Shown piece by piece: positions 28,006 through 37,649 of a stretch of 64,000 bases of DNA (its first letter is position 1; every line of letters starts with the position of its first letter). Source of the DNA: Acutalibacteraceae bacterium (lineage in GTDB: Bacteria > Bacillota > Clostridia > Oscillospirales > Acutalibacteraceae); assembly GCA_045591225.1 (NCBI GenBank), contig JAZNSL010000056.1:19123-83122 (forward strand), written 5' to 3'. The position numbers were made by a program, and so were the translations under genes. The notes below the pieces were generated by a model. It was given only the letters and a program-made list of their open reading frames with translations. It did not search any database and had not been told where the DNA came from.

Positions 28006-28719
28006 ATGGACAATAAAAAGTACAACTATATTGAGAACAATGATGGCACTGTGACCCTAGACTTCTGTGAGGGAGTTAAAGATTTGAGTGAGCCTGTGAT
28101 TTGGGATTTGGATAATATCGATAGGCGTATCACCCAAGTAAACATTCCGTCTACCGTGGAAAGCATTAGCTGTCGCTTCGTTGAGGATATGATGTATGTA
28201 GAGCGTTTTCGGGTCAATCCTGCTAACGAGCATTTCATTGAGGTGGACGATTGCGTGTATAGTGCAGATATGCGTGAGCTTATTGCTTATCCGCCCAATA
28301 AGTCGGATCGTTTCTTTGAGCTCCCTTCTGCGGTAGAGGGTATTGCTCCGTGGGCATTCTGTTGCAATAATCACTTGTGTTGTATCAACATTGGTTCCAA
28401 TGTAAAGGTTATCGGTCGCAGAGCTTTTGATAGAGCCTTTTCGTTACAGCACATTTACATTGATAAAAGTGTGAGCGAGATCGAAGATTTCTTTTGTCAG
28501 TGTGGCGATTTGGATTTGTATATTTCTGTTCGTGCCAGTCTGATTGTTGCTGGAGTAGCCGGCAGTGCTATTGAGCGTTGGTGCCGCGAGAATGCTACCT
28601 ATTTCTTGGCGCTGAAGGATGATCAGGTGGATGACTTTATCACTTCGCCTGTTTGGACTAGAGATATACCCGAATTGAGTAATGAGGAATATCTGGCATG
28701 TTGGAAACGCACTTTGTAA
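28006..28719 (+). CDS. leucine-rich repeat (BspA-type) protein
   Basis: Repeated units are IPSTVESI..F, LPSAVEGIAPWAF, IGSNVKVIGRRAF and IDKSVSEI. Confidence 0.6.
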   Translation: MDNKKYNYIENNDGTVTLDFCEGVKDLSEPVIWDLDNIDRRITQVNIPSTVESISCRFVEDMMYVERFRVNPANEHFIEVDDCVYSADMRELIAYPPNKSDRFFELPSAVEGIAPWAFCCNNHLCCINIGSNVKVIGRRAFDRAFSLQHIYIDKSVSEIEDFFCQCGDLDLYISVRASLIVAGVAGSAIERWCRENATYFLALKDDQVDDFITSPVWTRDIPELSNEEYLACWKRTL

Positions 28720-28822
28720 TGGGAAAAAGAGAAAGTGTGTATTAGTTGACAATGAGAAAGGAGGTGCTCTATGGACACACCGCTTTAACACCGAGAAACT
28801 ACAAAAAGGTATTAATGTATAT

Positions 28823-29296
28823 ATGAAAGGATTAGATATTATGTTTAGTGGTTTTTGTGATTGTTCCGTTCCTATGATTCCGGATATGGATAACGTGGAT
28901 TTGTTTTTTCATGATGAGGGCGATGAGATCTTCGAGATTCCTAAAATGCATTATGATGGCGTTGTCGATATAAATGATGAAAAACCGATGTATGACTATA
29001 AAGAGGATATCATTACCCTAAAAAGAGGTGATTGTATTGTGGAGCATAAGCAATTCTCTAATTTTGATGTGCTAGTCAAAGACGAGAATGGTCAGCCCAT
29101 CTGGTTGAACGGGATGGAAGCAAACATGTGCGGATATTCTGCGGATGAGGTTATCGATTATCGTCCTGCTAAAACTTATTGGCTAACGGAGTATGATTTA
29201 GAGAAATCCGAGAAAAAGCAATACAAGGTTACTCTCGAGGAAACTTTAGAAATGGATATGTGGGATCATAAGCGCTTAAGTGACCGGTTTAAGTGA
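28823..29296 (+). CDS. hypothetical phage-like protein
   Basis: The ORF is open from 28682. I chose the internal ATG (MKGLDIMFSG) to avoid overlapping the LRR gene; the start is uncertain. Confidence 0.35.
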   Translation: MKGLDIMFSGFCDCSVPMIPDMDNVDLFFHDEGDEIFEIPKMHYDGVVDINDEKPMYDYKEDIITLKRGDCIVEHKQFSNFDVLVKDENGQPIWLNGMEANMCGYSADEVIDYRPAKTYWLTEYDLEKSEKKQYKVTLEETLEMDMWDHKRLSDRFK

Positions 29297-29329
29297 AAAA
29301 TAATTTGTGAATCAAAAGGAGATTATATT

Positions 29330-30037
29330 ATGAATAAAACGGAAATTATTAATGCAATCAATGAGATTTATGAACTTGAAACGATTGGCGTTGATTTTGA
29401 TATGAACAAACTTCTTACAGCTGTTAACAACTATGACTATTATGTAAAGCCGGGCAACCAACGGGCAACGTTTATGGAAAGATTTGGGGAGGTTCTTTGT
29501 AGGAAGGCAGAAAACAAAATGAATTATATGGATTGGCTGAACCAGATAGTAGGAATGATTCATTTGGTCAAGAGTACATTTGATAAAGAATACTTTGAAG
29601 CGCAATTGGCTGTTTCCGAAGTGCCTGTGAATAAAGAGTTTGTCAAAAACCATTTGAACGGTTTGACTCGCAAGCAACTTGAAAAATTTATCACTTTCGT
29701 GATTGAGGGACGACTACATTATGGTCTCTTCATAAGTAATGCTAGTTCAGTCGATATGTGGGCTGAATTGAACGAGAGATGTGTTCGTAAGGATAGTCGC
29801 ATTCCTAGATTGGATAGAGTTGATTATGGTGACTTGCGCCCTAAGGATCCGTTTTATTATTTTGATTATTTGAGCAAACAGGTAATTGTTGATGTTTTCT
29901 GTAATCACATCGATAAAGATGCAGCCTTGATGGAGGCAGCAGTAGTAGCTTTTTGTGATTCGGGAATTTTGGGTCTTCGTAAATGTGTGATTACCGAATT
30001 GCAACGGCGCGAGCGGTCATTGGAATTAAATCAGTAA
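29330..30037 (+). CDS. hypothetical phage-like protein
   Basis: 235 aa with RBS aaaaggag. Its ~30-nt leader is nearly repeated upstream of the next gene. Confidence 0.45.
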   Translation: MNKTEIINAINEIYELETIGVDFDMNKLLTAVNNYDYYVKPGNQRATFMERFGEVLCRKAENKMNYMDWLNQIVGMIHLVKSTFDKEYFEAQLAVSEVPVNKEFVKNHLNGLTRKQLEKFITFVIEGRLHYGLFISNASSVDMWAELNERCVRKDSRIPRLDRVDYGDLRPKDPFYYFDYLSKQVIVDVFCNHIDKDAALMEAAVVAFCDSGILGLRKCVITELQRRERSLELNQ

Positions 30038-30066
30038 TTAATTTGTGAATGAAAGGAGATTGTGTT

Positions 30067-30447
30067 ATGAAAGCAATGATTAAGCGAAATAAAGTTAGTA
30101 GAAATGACACGTTTTGTATGTTACATGGACTTGTCGATGAAGATGGCAAATATACTCAGTATTGTATTAGCGACGTCCCGCTCAAAAATCTACCGGCAGA
30201 TACGGTAAGGGAGCTGCGGGAGGGGAATGATGTTACCCTCCATGTCCTTCCGCCGAATGAAGTGGTTGCTTTTGTGAAAAGCTGGGACGTTTGGGAACGC
30301 TATTTGGTAGAGATGGATGCGGATAAAGATCATCTTTTGGGCATGCTAGAAGCCTTCTCTAAATATAACAACCCGCCTCTGTGGGGCACTTATAACTTGG
30401 GCGATATCAACCGGTATAGTAGTCCCGTTTCTGATGAAGTTGCGTAA
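30067..30447 (+). CDS. hypothetical phage-like protein
   Basis: Start MKAMIKRNK has RBS aaaggag 8 nt upstream. A hairpin acagccgccc..gggcggctgt follows the gene. Confidence 0.45.
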   Translation: MKAMIKRNKVSRNDTFCMLHGLVDEDGKYTQYCISDVPLKNLPADTVRELREGNDVTLHVLPPNEVVAFVKSWDVWERYLVEMDADKDHLLGMLEAFSKYNNPPLWGTYNLGDINRYSSPVSDEVA

Positions 30448-30611
30448 CGTCCAACAGCCGCCCCTATTTTAAGGGCGGCTGTCAATCACAGAAGAAAGAG
30501 ATGGTACATTATTTTAATAGGGGAATATGGATAAAGGGCTATTCCGCCCGTCCATTTTCCCATTCATTTAATTTAGCTAATATACAGAGAGGGGATTTGA
30601 AATAATCAATT

Positions 30612-31028
30612 ATGAAGAGTAAATTGGATAAGATGTTTGAAAGTGATTTTATGAGATTGCCGAGGCCTTTTATCCGTCGGTTTAACTTAGCCACAGCAGT
30701 GATGTTGTCTGAGATCTATTCCGAGTATACTTACTGGAAAGAACGTGATGGACTGCAGGATGGAGGTTGGTTTTATAGTACGATTGAGAACATGTACTAC
30801 AACACCGGGCTCAGTAAACATCAGCAGTTGACCGCCTGCAAGGAGCTTCAGGAGTATGGCATCATTCAGGTGAAGTATCACGGTATGCCCAAGAAAAGAT
30901 ATTTCAAATTTAATGTAGGCAAGTTTAATCAGTTGCACAGTGATTTTCAGTTGTATTCTAATGGCGGAAAAGACAAGATGGAGCCAGCCAAAGATGTGTT
31001 GCCTAGAGTGTTTCAGCAGTCATTCTAA
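30612..31028 (+). CDS. replication-organiser/DnaD-like winged-helix phage protein
   Basis: 138 aa. The pattern FMRLPRPFIRRFNL..AVMLSEIYS...WFYSTIENMYYNTGLSKHQQLTACKELQEYGII is typical of phage replisome-organiser N-terminal domains. A decayed paralogue lies at ~54830-55080. Confidence 0.45.
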   Translation: MKSKLDKMFESDFMRLPRPFIRRFNLATAVMLSEIYSEYTYWKERDGLQDGGWFYSTIENMYYNTGLSKHQQLTACKELQEYGIIQVKYHGMPKKRYFKFNVGKFNQLHSDFQLYSNGGKDKMEPAKDVLPRVFQQSF

Positions 31029-31420
31029 GTATAGTAGGCTACAGCCCGCGCAAGCCGCGTGCTGTAGCCTGTTGTGTGTTTTTGAAGATTGCGCTACTGG
31101 GTGATGGTGGGAAAGACAATCATAAAATGACAAGGGAAAGGGAAACAGTTACAAGATGTTTTATTGTTCAAATTTTTAGCCTCAAATATTAGGTGGCAAT
31201 AATAGAAAAACTGCAATAAATTTTTTGAAAATTTATTGCATTAGCAAAGAGGTGTTGCCAAACCGACAGTTATTATTTTGAGTTTGCGAACAAGAACAAA
31301 TATAATGATTAGCTAATCGAAGATTTAGGTAGAGTGCGGATTATTTGGAATTGAACTTAAACCTGACTTTTTCTGTCGCGGTTACTCACTACAATGAGAG
31401 TGCAGCCGAGAAAGGAGGGA

Positions 31421-31711
31421 ATGATGGATATTGAGATTATCATTGAAAGCCATGAGCAACGTATCAAAACCTTGGAACGTGATATGAGTGCTATGAAAGA
31501 AGTGCAGGCGGAAATTCGCTCTATGAACGAGACTCTTGTAACGCTTGCAAATGAAATGAAGCATACGAACGAGCATCTGGCAAGGCATGAGCGAAAAATA
31601 GATGAAATTGATTCGATGCCCAAACAACGTATGCAGCAAATTGTCACGGCAATTATTGCAGCATTGGCGGGTGGTTTGATTTCGACAATCATTGGGATGG
31701 CATTTACTTAG
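31421..31711 (+). CDS. XhlA-like lysis-associated membrane protein
   Basis: A coiled-coil N-terminus is followed by one C-terminal TM (IVTAIIAALAGGLISTIIGMAF). It lies directly before the holin and amidase genes. Confidence 0.55.
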   Translation: MMDIEIIIESHEQRIKTLERDMSAMKEVQAEIRSMNETLVTLANEMKHTNEHLARHERKIDEIDSMPKQRMQQIVTAIIAALAGGLISTIIGMAFT

Positions 31712-31723
31712 AAAGGAGAATGT

Positions 31724-32011
31724 ATGAATTATAAGGATTATATCAAAACTGAATTGCTTATACTAGTTCCGGTTTTGTATTTAATAGGTGTTGGTTTGAA
31801 GAGAAGCAAAGTGCCCGATAAGTGGATACCGGTTTTGTTGGGAGTTTCTTCTGTTGCACTATCTTCTGTGTGGGTTTTTGCAACTGTAGAAGTGTTTGGA
31901 GTACAGGAAATTGCATCTGCAATCTTTACGGCTGTAACGCAGGGCATTCTTGTGGCTGGAGCTAGTGTGTATGCTAATCAATTATATGTCCAGGCGAAGA
32001 AGGAGGAGTAA
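31724..32011 (+). CDS. phage holin
   Basis: 95 aa with 2-3 TM segments (LLILVPVLYLIGVGL, IPVLLGVSSVALSSVWVFA). It sits between the XhlA-like gene and the endolysin gene. Confidence 0.7.
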   Translation: MNYKDYIKTELLILVPVLYLIGVGLKRSKVPDKWIPVLLGVSSVALSSVWVFATVEVFGVQEIASAIFTAVTQGILVAGASVYANQLYVQAKKEE

Positions 32012-32014
32012 AGA

Positions 32015-33097
32015 GTGGTGCCTATTATCAAAGCGCACGCAGTAAAAAATCTTTGTTACATAGTTGCACAGAAAATGGTTCCAACGGGAATTGTTGTTCA
32101 TTCTACCGGAGTAAATAATCCTTATTTGAAACGATATGTAGATGCTTCTGATGAAGTGGGAATTAACCGATATGGCAACCATTGGAACACTGCCATGCCG
32201 GGAGGTAAAAAGGTTTGTGTTCATGCATTTATTGGATATGATGATAATAATCAAGTACGTGTTGCTGAAATACTACCACTTGATATTTGTTGTTGGGGAG
32301 TAGGTAACGGAAATAAAGGTAGTTATAACTATAATCCAGCATATATCCAATTTGAGATTTGCGAGGACAAGCTTACCGACAAAACATATTACAACAAGGC
32401 CTTTGAAGTTGCAGCAGAGTATTGTGCCCTGCTTTGTCAAAAGTATAACATTGCGGTGGATAGAATTGTTGGTCATTGTGAAGCAGCTCAACTAGGGTAT
32501 GGTAGCAATCATGCGGACCCCGAGCACTGGATGAAGAATTTCGGGGAAACGATGATTGATTTTCGAAAAAAAGTTTCTAGTCTTTTAAGAAATAAAGATA
32601 GGGAAAGCGAAGGCGTTGAGGAATCAACCTCCAATCAAGTGATCATCCAAAAAGGAGATTTGGTTTCCATTGCGAGTAATGCTACTTACTATAATGGTGC
32701 TACAATTCCTTCTTGGGTGAAATCTCAAAATTGGTATGTGAAAAACAATCCTGTGAGTAATCGAGTAGTTATTGATAAGAATGAAAAAGGAACCAATTCT
32801 ATCTGTAGTCCGATAAATATTCAATTTCTCTCGGTCGTAAGGAAAGCAAACAGTTTTAAAGAAAAAGATGCAAGGAATGAACCCAATGCTCAAGAGTGTC
32901 CTTATTTAGTGAAGGTAACCACTTCGTTACTGGCAATTTTTCAAGATGCTGATGCTAAAAGTGTGCGTGTTGGTACAATTAGTGACCAAGGAGTATATAC
33001 TATCGTAGCGACTAAAATGGATGCACAGTCTGTTTTATGGGGAAAGCTTAAGTCCGGCGTTGGTTGGATTTTGTTGAATCAAACAAAGAAAATTTGA
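32015..33097 (+). CDS. endolysin: N-acetylmuramoyl-L-alanine amidase (Amidase_2/PGRP) with C-terminal binding repeats
   Basis: Has IVVHSTGVNNP and HCEAAQLGYGSNHADPEHW. The C-terminal half has two SH3-like repeats (GDLVSIASNATYYNG..., VGTISDQGVYTIV). Confidence 0.8.
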   Translation: MVPIIKAHAVKNLCYIVAQKMVPTGIVVHSTGVNNPYLKRYVDASDEVGINRYGNHWNTAMPGGKKVCVHAFIGYDDNNQVRVAEILPLDICCWGVGNGNKGSYNYNPAYIQFEICEDKLTDKTYYNKAFEVAAEYCALLCQKYNIAVDRIVGHCEAAQLGYGSNHADPEHWMKNFGETMIDFRKKVSSLLRNKDRESEGVEESTSNQVIIQKGDLVSIASNATYYNGATIPSWVKSQNWYVKNNPVSNRVVIDKNEKGTNSICSPINIQFLSVVRKANSFKEKDARNEPNAQECPYLVKVTTSLLAIFQDADAKSVRVGTISDQGVYTIVATKMDAQSVLWGKLKSGVGWILLNQTKKI

Positions 33098-33232
33098 TTT
33101 TACTGAGCGAAATATGTATATGATTATTCGTCTGCGTTGTGAAAGGGATTCTGTATTCTGCAAAAATAGATTTATTGCTTGTGATTCTCATAGAAAGTTA
33201 TTTTACGCACCGTGTTCTTGAGAATTTATAAT

Positions 33233-33270
33233 AAATCCCCCTACGGCAGATTGAACCGTAGGGGGATTTT
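33233..33270 (+). terminator. rho-independent terminator after lysis cassette
   Basis: aaatccccctacgg-cagattgaa-ccgtagggggattt plus a T-run. Confidence 0.8.
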
Positions 33271-33290
33271 GTGAGCGAACCTCTCTATTA

Positions 33291-33317
33291 CTTACAATAA
33301 CTATTTATTATTGTGAG
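33291..33317 (+). repeat. left inverted recombination-type site (IR-L)
   Basis: CTTACAATAA-ctattta-TTATTGTGAG: two 10-bp inverted arms around a 7-bp spacer. 24 nt (33290-33313) are a perfect inverted copy of 35181-35204. Confidence 0.8.
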
Positions 33318-33377
33318 GTTTAAATCAAAGGTAGTATGTAGTTTTTTGAAGATTTAATATGAGAGGAAATATAGGTA

Positions 33378-34463
33378 ATGAATGTTTTTATTAGTTGGTC
33401 TAAAGCAAAAAGTATGCAATATGCGCTCAAAACAAAGGCACTTTTAGAAAGTCTTGACCCTTCTATAAATGCATTTGTTTCAGAAGTAGACATACATGGT
33501 GGAGAAGATGTTCAAGAAAAAATAATACATAAAATTATCGAATGTGATAAGTTGGTTCTATGTTTCACTAAGGAAAACAAAAAATCTCCATGGTTGCTAT
33601 TTGAAGCGGGATATGCAAGAGGATTACGTAAAACTGTTATTCCAATTCTTTTTGACGATGATCCCAATTGGCATTCATGGGTCGATAATCCAATGAATAT
33701 AGCACGTGAAATTAATTTCAACGACAAAAATTTTTCTAATGTTTTCTTTGACTGCTTTGGAATTGTTAGTTCCGAGAAAAACAAACAAAAGTTACAAAGA
33801 TATAGGAAAACCATCCTTGATATTAAAGATAAATTTCGCCAAGTTGATATTCAGTGTGAGGATTTCGTAGATAAATTAACACATAATGAAACTTTTATTG
33901 TGGAAAATCCTTTTTATAGAGGCAGAACTGCATTTTTTCTGTCCGGATTTGAAAGCTTTGATCTATATAAAACGATAATCGAATCATTTATGTACACAGG
34001 AAAATATCTGTGGATATATGGGCGAAAAAACATGAAGTTATTTGGGGGAAGTTTCAACTCATTTTTTAAATATCTAGAAGAAAAGGCCTCTTTTGATGGG
34101 ATGGAAGGAATTGATTTTAGGTGTTTGTTCCTCGACCCCGATTCGCCTGAAGTTGAAAAGGCGCATCTTCAACAAGACATTTTCAAATCTGAATTAACTG
34201 CAACTATATTGCGAGCAAAGTCAGTGGTCCAAGACAATCTACAATTACAGAAATGTTTTAGATTATACTCCAATAAGCGAGAAGAAATCATTATTCGTCT
34301 TGATAATTGCATTATTTATGCCAGGCCCAATTTTGATGCAAATGGATATCCGCAATTATTAACTAATAGCGGATTTGAGGTTTTTAGTGTAAAATCCGAT
34401 AAAGGAAAAGAATGTATTAAGAAATATGAAAATGTATGGAATGCAGCAAAAAATATGTTTTAA
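33378..34463 (+). CDS. TIR-domain protein with uncharacterised ~230-aa C-terminal domain
   Basis: N-terminus VFISWSKAKS...DKLVLCFTKENKKSPWLLFEAGYARG shows the bacterial TIR pattern, including the conserved Glu in FEAG. Confidence 0.65.
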   Translation: MNVFISWSKAKSMQYALKTKALLESLDPSINAFVSEVDIHGGEDVQEKIIHKIIECDKLVLCFTKENKKSPWLLFEAGYARGLRKTVIPILFDDDPNWHSWVDNPMNIAREINFNDKNFSNVFFDCFGIVSSEKNKQKLQRYRKTILDIKDKFRQVDIQCEDFVDKLTHNETFIVENPFYRGRTAFFLSGFESFDLYKTIIESFMYTGKYLWIYGRKNMKLFGGSFNSFFKYLEEKASFDGMEGIDFRCLFLDPDSPEVEKAHLQQDIFKSELTATILRAKSVVQDNLQLQKCFRLYSNKREEIIIRLDNCIIYARPNFDANGYPQLLTNSGFEVFSVKSDKGKECIKKYENVWNAAKNMF

Positions 34464-35125
34464 CTTTTGGATATTAAACCTTTTATTCGTTGCATAATTT
34501 TAGAAATCGTTTCATCAACACTTAGTTCTGTTACATCGACATTGTTGAACAAGTACGGGAATTTTACTGAAAGTTTTTCAGTACTAGTATATAAGTCCAT
34601 ATTTGCTTTGTAGATGAATGGTATATGGTTAATCATATAGGATTCAGGATTCCTATTAAATAGCCGAGTGTAAAGTGCTTGCTCGCTGGTTACATATAAG
34701 TTAATGTATATCACATTGCGATTTTCTGCTAATCCATTGAGTGTTTCTGGAATAATATGAACACCATTGATTATCGAAGATATTCCTTTTCTCTTCTGTC
34801 TGTCTACTATGCTCTCAAAAGAAGAACGCATGAAATAACACTGTTGTTTCGCTTCTTCAAGACACAATAATTTTGTGTGATCGGTAATTTCTATTTGACT
34901 TAGGATATCATTACTTTGCGTCGGAAATTCCCGTTTTAAAAAAGAATTATATCCACGAAGAACCTCTCGAATAAGGTCTGTTTCTTCGATAATTCTAAAT
35001 TCATTAAATCTCTTCAGCAATTCGTATGAGATCGTAGTCTTTCCTACTCCCGGGACGCCAGAAATAAATATTATGAATCCGTCAGGAATTTCGATTTTTA
35101 TATTACTTAATTGGATTGCTTCCAT
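34460..35125 (-). CDS. P-loop kinase-like protein (AAA_33 / 2-phosphoglycerate-kinase-like)
   Basis: Walker A is IIFISGVPGVGKTTISYELL. It is convergent with the TIR gene and the stops overlap by 4 nt. Confidence 0.55.
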   Translation of the reverse strand: MEAIQLSNIKIEIPDGFIIFISGVPGVGKTTISYELLKRFNEFRIIEETDLIREVLRGYNSFLKREFPTQSNDILSQIEITDHTKLLCLEEAKQQCYFMRSSFESIVDRQKRKGISSIINGVHIIPETLNGLAENRNVIYINLYVTSEQALYTRLFNRNPESYMINHIPFIYKANMDLYTSTEKLSVKFPYLFNNVDVTELSVDETISKIMQRIKGLISKS

Positions 35126-35176
35126 AATTCTATACCTTAATCATTTGGAGCCGATATCGTAAATTTTATTTAAGAA

Positions 35177-35203
35177 CTTGCAATAATAAATAGTTATTGT
35201 AAG
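35177..35203 (-). repeat. right inverted recombination-type site (IR-R)
   Basis: The forward strand reads CTTGCAATAA-taaatag-TTATTGTAAG, which is the reverse complement of IR-L except at 3 positions in one arm. Confidence 0.8.
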
Positions 35204-35217
35204 TTTTGACTTTTCCA

Positions 35218-35246
35218 ATTATAGCGTACTTTGATAAAATAATCAA
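35218..35246 (-). promoter_or_regulatory. near-consensus sigma-A promoter outside IR-R, firing into the cassette
   Basis: The minus strand reads TTGATT (35246-35241), a 17-nt spacer, then TATAAT (35223-35218). It lies 14 nt upstream of IR-R. Confidence 0.6.
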
Positions 35247-35272
35247 TAACTTATCGAAATACGAGGTGCAAA

Positions 35273-36187
35273 ATGAAAGAAAAAAATTTACTTGTTGAGG
35301 AATTCCTTGGTGTAGTCGAATCCACCAAAAACTTATCTGAGAATACAATGGTTGCTTATCGTTCGGATTTAATGGATTTTATGAGCTCGGTTGATATGAA
35401 CGCTTTGTACGACAATACGATACTGACCTATGTTCAAACTCTATCGCAGGAAAGAGGTCTAAAGGTTAGTACTATCAACAGAAAATTAGTCGTTTTAAAA
35501 ATGTTATTTGAATATGCTTATGAGCATAATTATTGTGACAAGAACTATTTTTTGTCGCATAGTTTTAAACTTAAAAAAGGAAAAAGATTACCTAAGACCT
35601 TAGCACTTTGTGAAACAAGGAAACTCTTATTATTTCTAACTGACAGATGTAAAAATGCAGAAAGCGATTTCGACCTGTGGAAAGCAACTCGGGATTTGGC
35701 GTTGATTGACATACTAATAAGTACTGGTATACGAATTGCAGAAGCATCAAATATGGCATTGACAGATATTATACCATCTGAACATACAATTCTAATTCAT
35801 GGGAAAGGTCAAAAGCAACGATTGATATATATTTCCTGCTCTGAGACATGGACAAATTTGTTGAAGTGGATTAAGATGAGAAAAAAGTATTCAACAGATA
35901 CCAGTAAAGTTTTTGTGAATCGTCATGGAAAGCAATTAAGCATACATGGAATTGAGTATATATACAACAATCTTAAATCTCAAACAGGTATTAACCCAAA
36001 ATCTACTCCCCATTATTTGCGGCATACTTTTGCAACAAATCTTTTGGCAAATGGTGCTGATTTGCGATCAGTTCAAGAAATATTAGGTCATAGTAGTGTT
36101 TCAACTACAGAAATATATACGGAGGTTACTGGCCAAAGGAAAAAGCAAGTATTGAAAAAATATAATTATCGTAACCGCTTAGTGTAA
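35273..36187 (+). CDS. Xer-like tyrosine recombinase
   Basis: 304 aa. Has ATRDLALIDILISTGIRIAE (Arg I), HYLRHTFATNLL (H-x-x-R) and LGHSSVSTTEIYT (catalytic Tyr). Confidence 0.85.
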   Translation: MKEKNLLVEEFLGVVESTKNLSENTMVAYRSDLMDFMSSVDMNALYDNTILTYVQTLSQERGLKVSTINRKLVVLKMLFEYAYEHNYCDKNYFLSHSFKLKKGKRLPKTLALCETRKLLLFLTDRCKNAESDFDLWKATRDLALIDILISTGIRIAEASNMALTDIIPSEHTILIHGKGQKQRLIYISCSETWTNLLKWIKMRKKYSTDTSKVFVNRHGKQLSIHGIEYIYNNLKSQTGINPKSTPHYLRHTFATNLLANGADLRSVQEILGHSSVSTTEIYTEVTGQRKKQVLKKYNYRNRLV

Positions 36188-36233
36188 TTTTGGTGATCGA
36201 AAATAGTTTTTTCACTGGATAAGTTGTATATAG

Positions 36234-36280
36234 CAAAACCTCCTATGGTAGTTTGGGTTCTACCATAGGAGGTTTTGTTG
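36234..36280. terminator. bidirectional terminator
   Basis: An 18-bp stem caaaacctcctatggtag/ctaccataggaggttttg lies between convergent genes. Confidence 0.75.
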
Positions 36281-36317
36281 ATATATGCGAATGCTTAAAG
36301 AAGCGTGAGCGCTTTTC

Positions 36318-37649
36318 TTACTCAAAATACGGACGAATAAATTCCATCGTAATATCTTCCACTTGTTGAGCTAAGTTTTCAGACACACCACAATAATTGG
36401 CCCCTATGGCAGCAGTGTTGGGGTCCGTTTCGTATAGCATGCCATAAATCATTACAGCACCGCAGTATCCAGCTAATGGTTTAGAGTGAAGCACTCCATC
36501 GTAGTAGATTAACTCGCCTTCGGGTACGCCAGCATCGAGAAGTGCGTAAATGACATCTCGCCAAAATGCCAGTTTCACGTTAGTGTTTCGATAGGCCAAA
36601 GCAGGGTTGGGACCTGTTTCGTTGTGGGCGGGGAATAACACTAATTCAGTTCCGGAGGTGCTGCAAGCGTTCTCCAAGACAGAGAGGTTGCCGGCATCCT
36701 CGGGAGTATAAGCACCGTTGATAAACAGAATGTCATAGTCACCGCCACACAACATATCCAGTTTTTTCGCATCGTGTGCAAAGTCTGTGATAGTGATATT
36801 GGGGAACCAATGCTCATCTACAATAGCATCCTTATGATTGGCCTTCAATATCTGTCGCAGTTGCTGTACCACATCAGAATAACCGATAAAACTGTTGCCT
36901 GCTATGGCAATACGCAGATTCTTTTTGTTGCGGGAGTCCAGCCGGTTGTTTCTCTCTAACAACTGGAAAGATTTCAGCGATTCCAAACAAGCCGCCAAAT
37001 CGTTCGCACTAATATAATCGGCAGAGATCTCTAGCATATAAAAAAACGACTCATTTGTCATCGTATAACTGCTGTAAGTCAATGCGGTGTCAGTACCTGC
37101 TGTGTAGCAGAAAGTCTGTACGGAAAAATCACCAACTTCGGTTTTGCCTACTACATCGTTGGGGACGATATCGGCGAATATAAAATTGGGAATTAATCGT
37201 CCAATTCGTACTTTGTTGCAATAGATGACGGCGTACGATCGGGAACCGTTTTCCTCAATTTGCATGGTCATGTTTTTGGGCAACTGCATTCGAATCCGTT
37301 TCTGTGCGTAGTCGAAGGATAGAGAAATATCCTTCATTGTAGCTTTATCGGGCGCTTTCAACGTTGCATTGTGAACAGGGAAGAAGAGGTCGGCGGCGGT
37401 GTAGGAGTTGGTTGTTTGGGCAGTTGTAGTAGACTTGACTGCTTGCGTCGTTTCAGAGCAAAACGAAGTGGTTAAGCCCTCGCTTGTGGTGTTAGGGCGT
37501 TTGGTGGTTAATTTAGTAGTGTTCTGGCTAGTAAGCGTGGTAGCATTTATGATGGAATCAATACTACTACTGTTTTGTACGTCATTGCATCCAATTAAGA
37601 GAAAACAAGAGCAAAGGAAAATGCATATTATACATTTGATGTGTTTCAT
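36318..37649 (-). CDS. lipoprotein with possible SGNH-like C-terminal domain
   Basis: Start MKHIKCIICIFLCSCFLLIGCNDV carries a lipobox (LIGC) and has RBS GGGAGGG. A Thr/Ser-rich linker follows. The C-terminal segment LRIAIAGNSF... supports the hydrolase call only weakly. Confidence 0.55.
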   Translation of the reverse strand: MKHIKCIICIFLCSCFLLIGCNDVQNSSSIDSIINATTLTSQNTTKLTTKRPNTTSEGLTTSFCSETTQAVKSTTTAQTTNSYTAADLFFPVHNATLKAPDKATMKDISLSFDYAQKRIRMQLPKNMTMQIEENGSRSYAVIYCNKVRIGRLIPNFIFADIVPNDVVGKTEVGDFSVQTFCYTAGTDTALTYSSYTMTNESFFYMLEISADYISANDLAACLESLKSFQLLERNNRLDSRNKKNLRIAIAGNSFIGYSDVVQQLRQILKANHKDAIVDEHWFPNITITDFAHDAKKLDMLCGGDYDILFINGAYTPEDAGNLSVLENACSTSGTELVLFPAHNETGPNPALAYRNTNVKLAFWRDVIYALLDAGVPEGELIYYDGVLHSKPLAGYCGAVMIYGMLYETDPNTAAIGANYCGVSENLAQQVEDITMEFIRPYFE

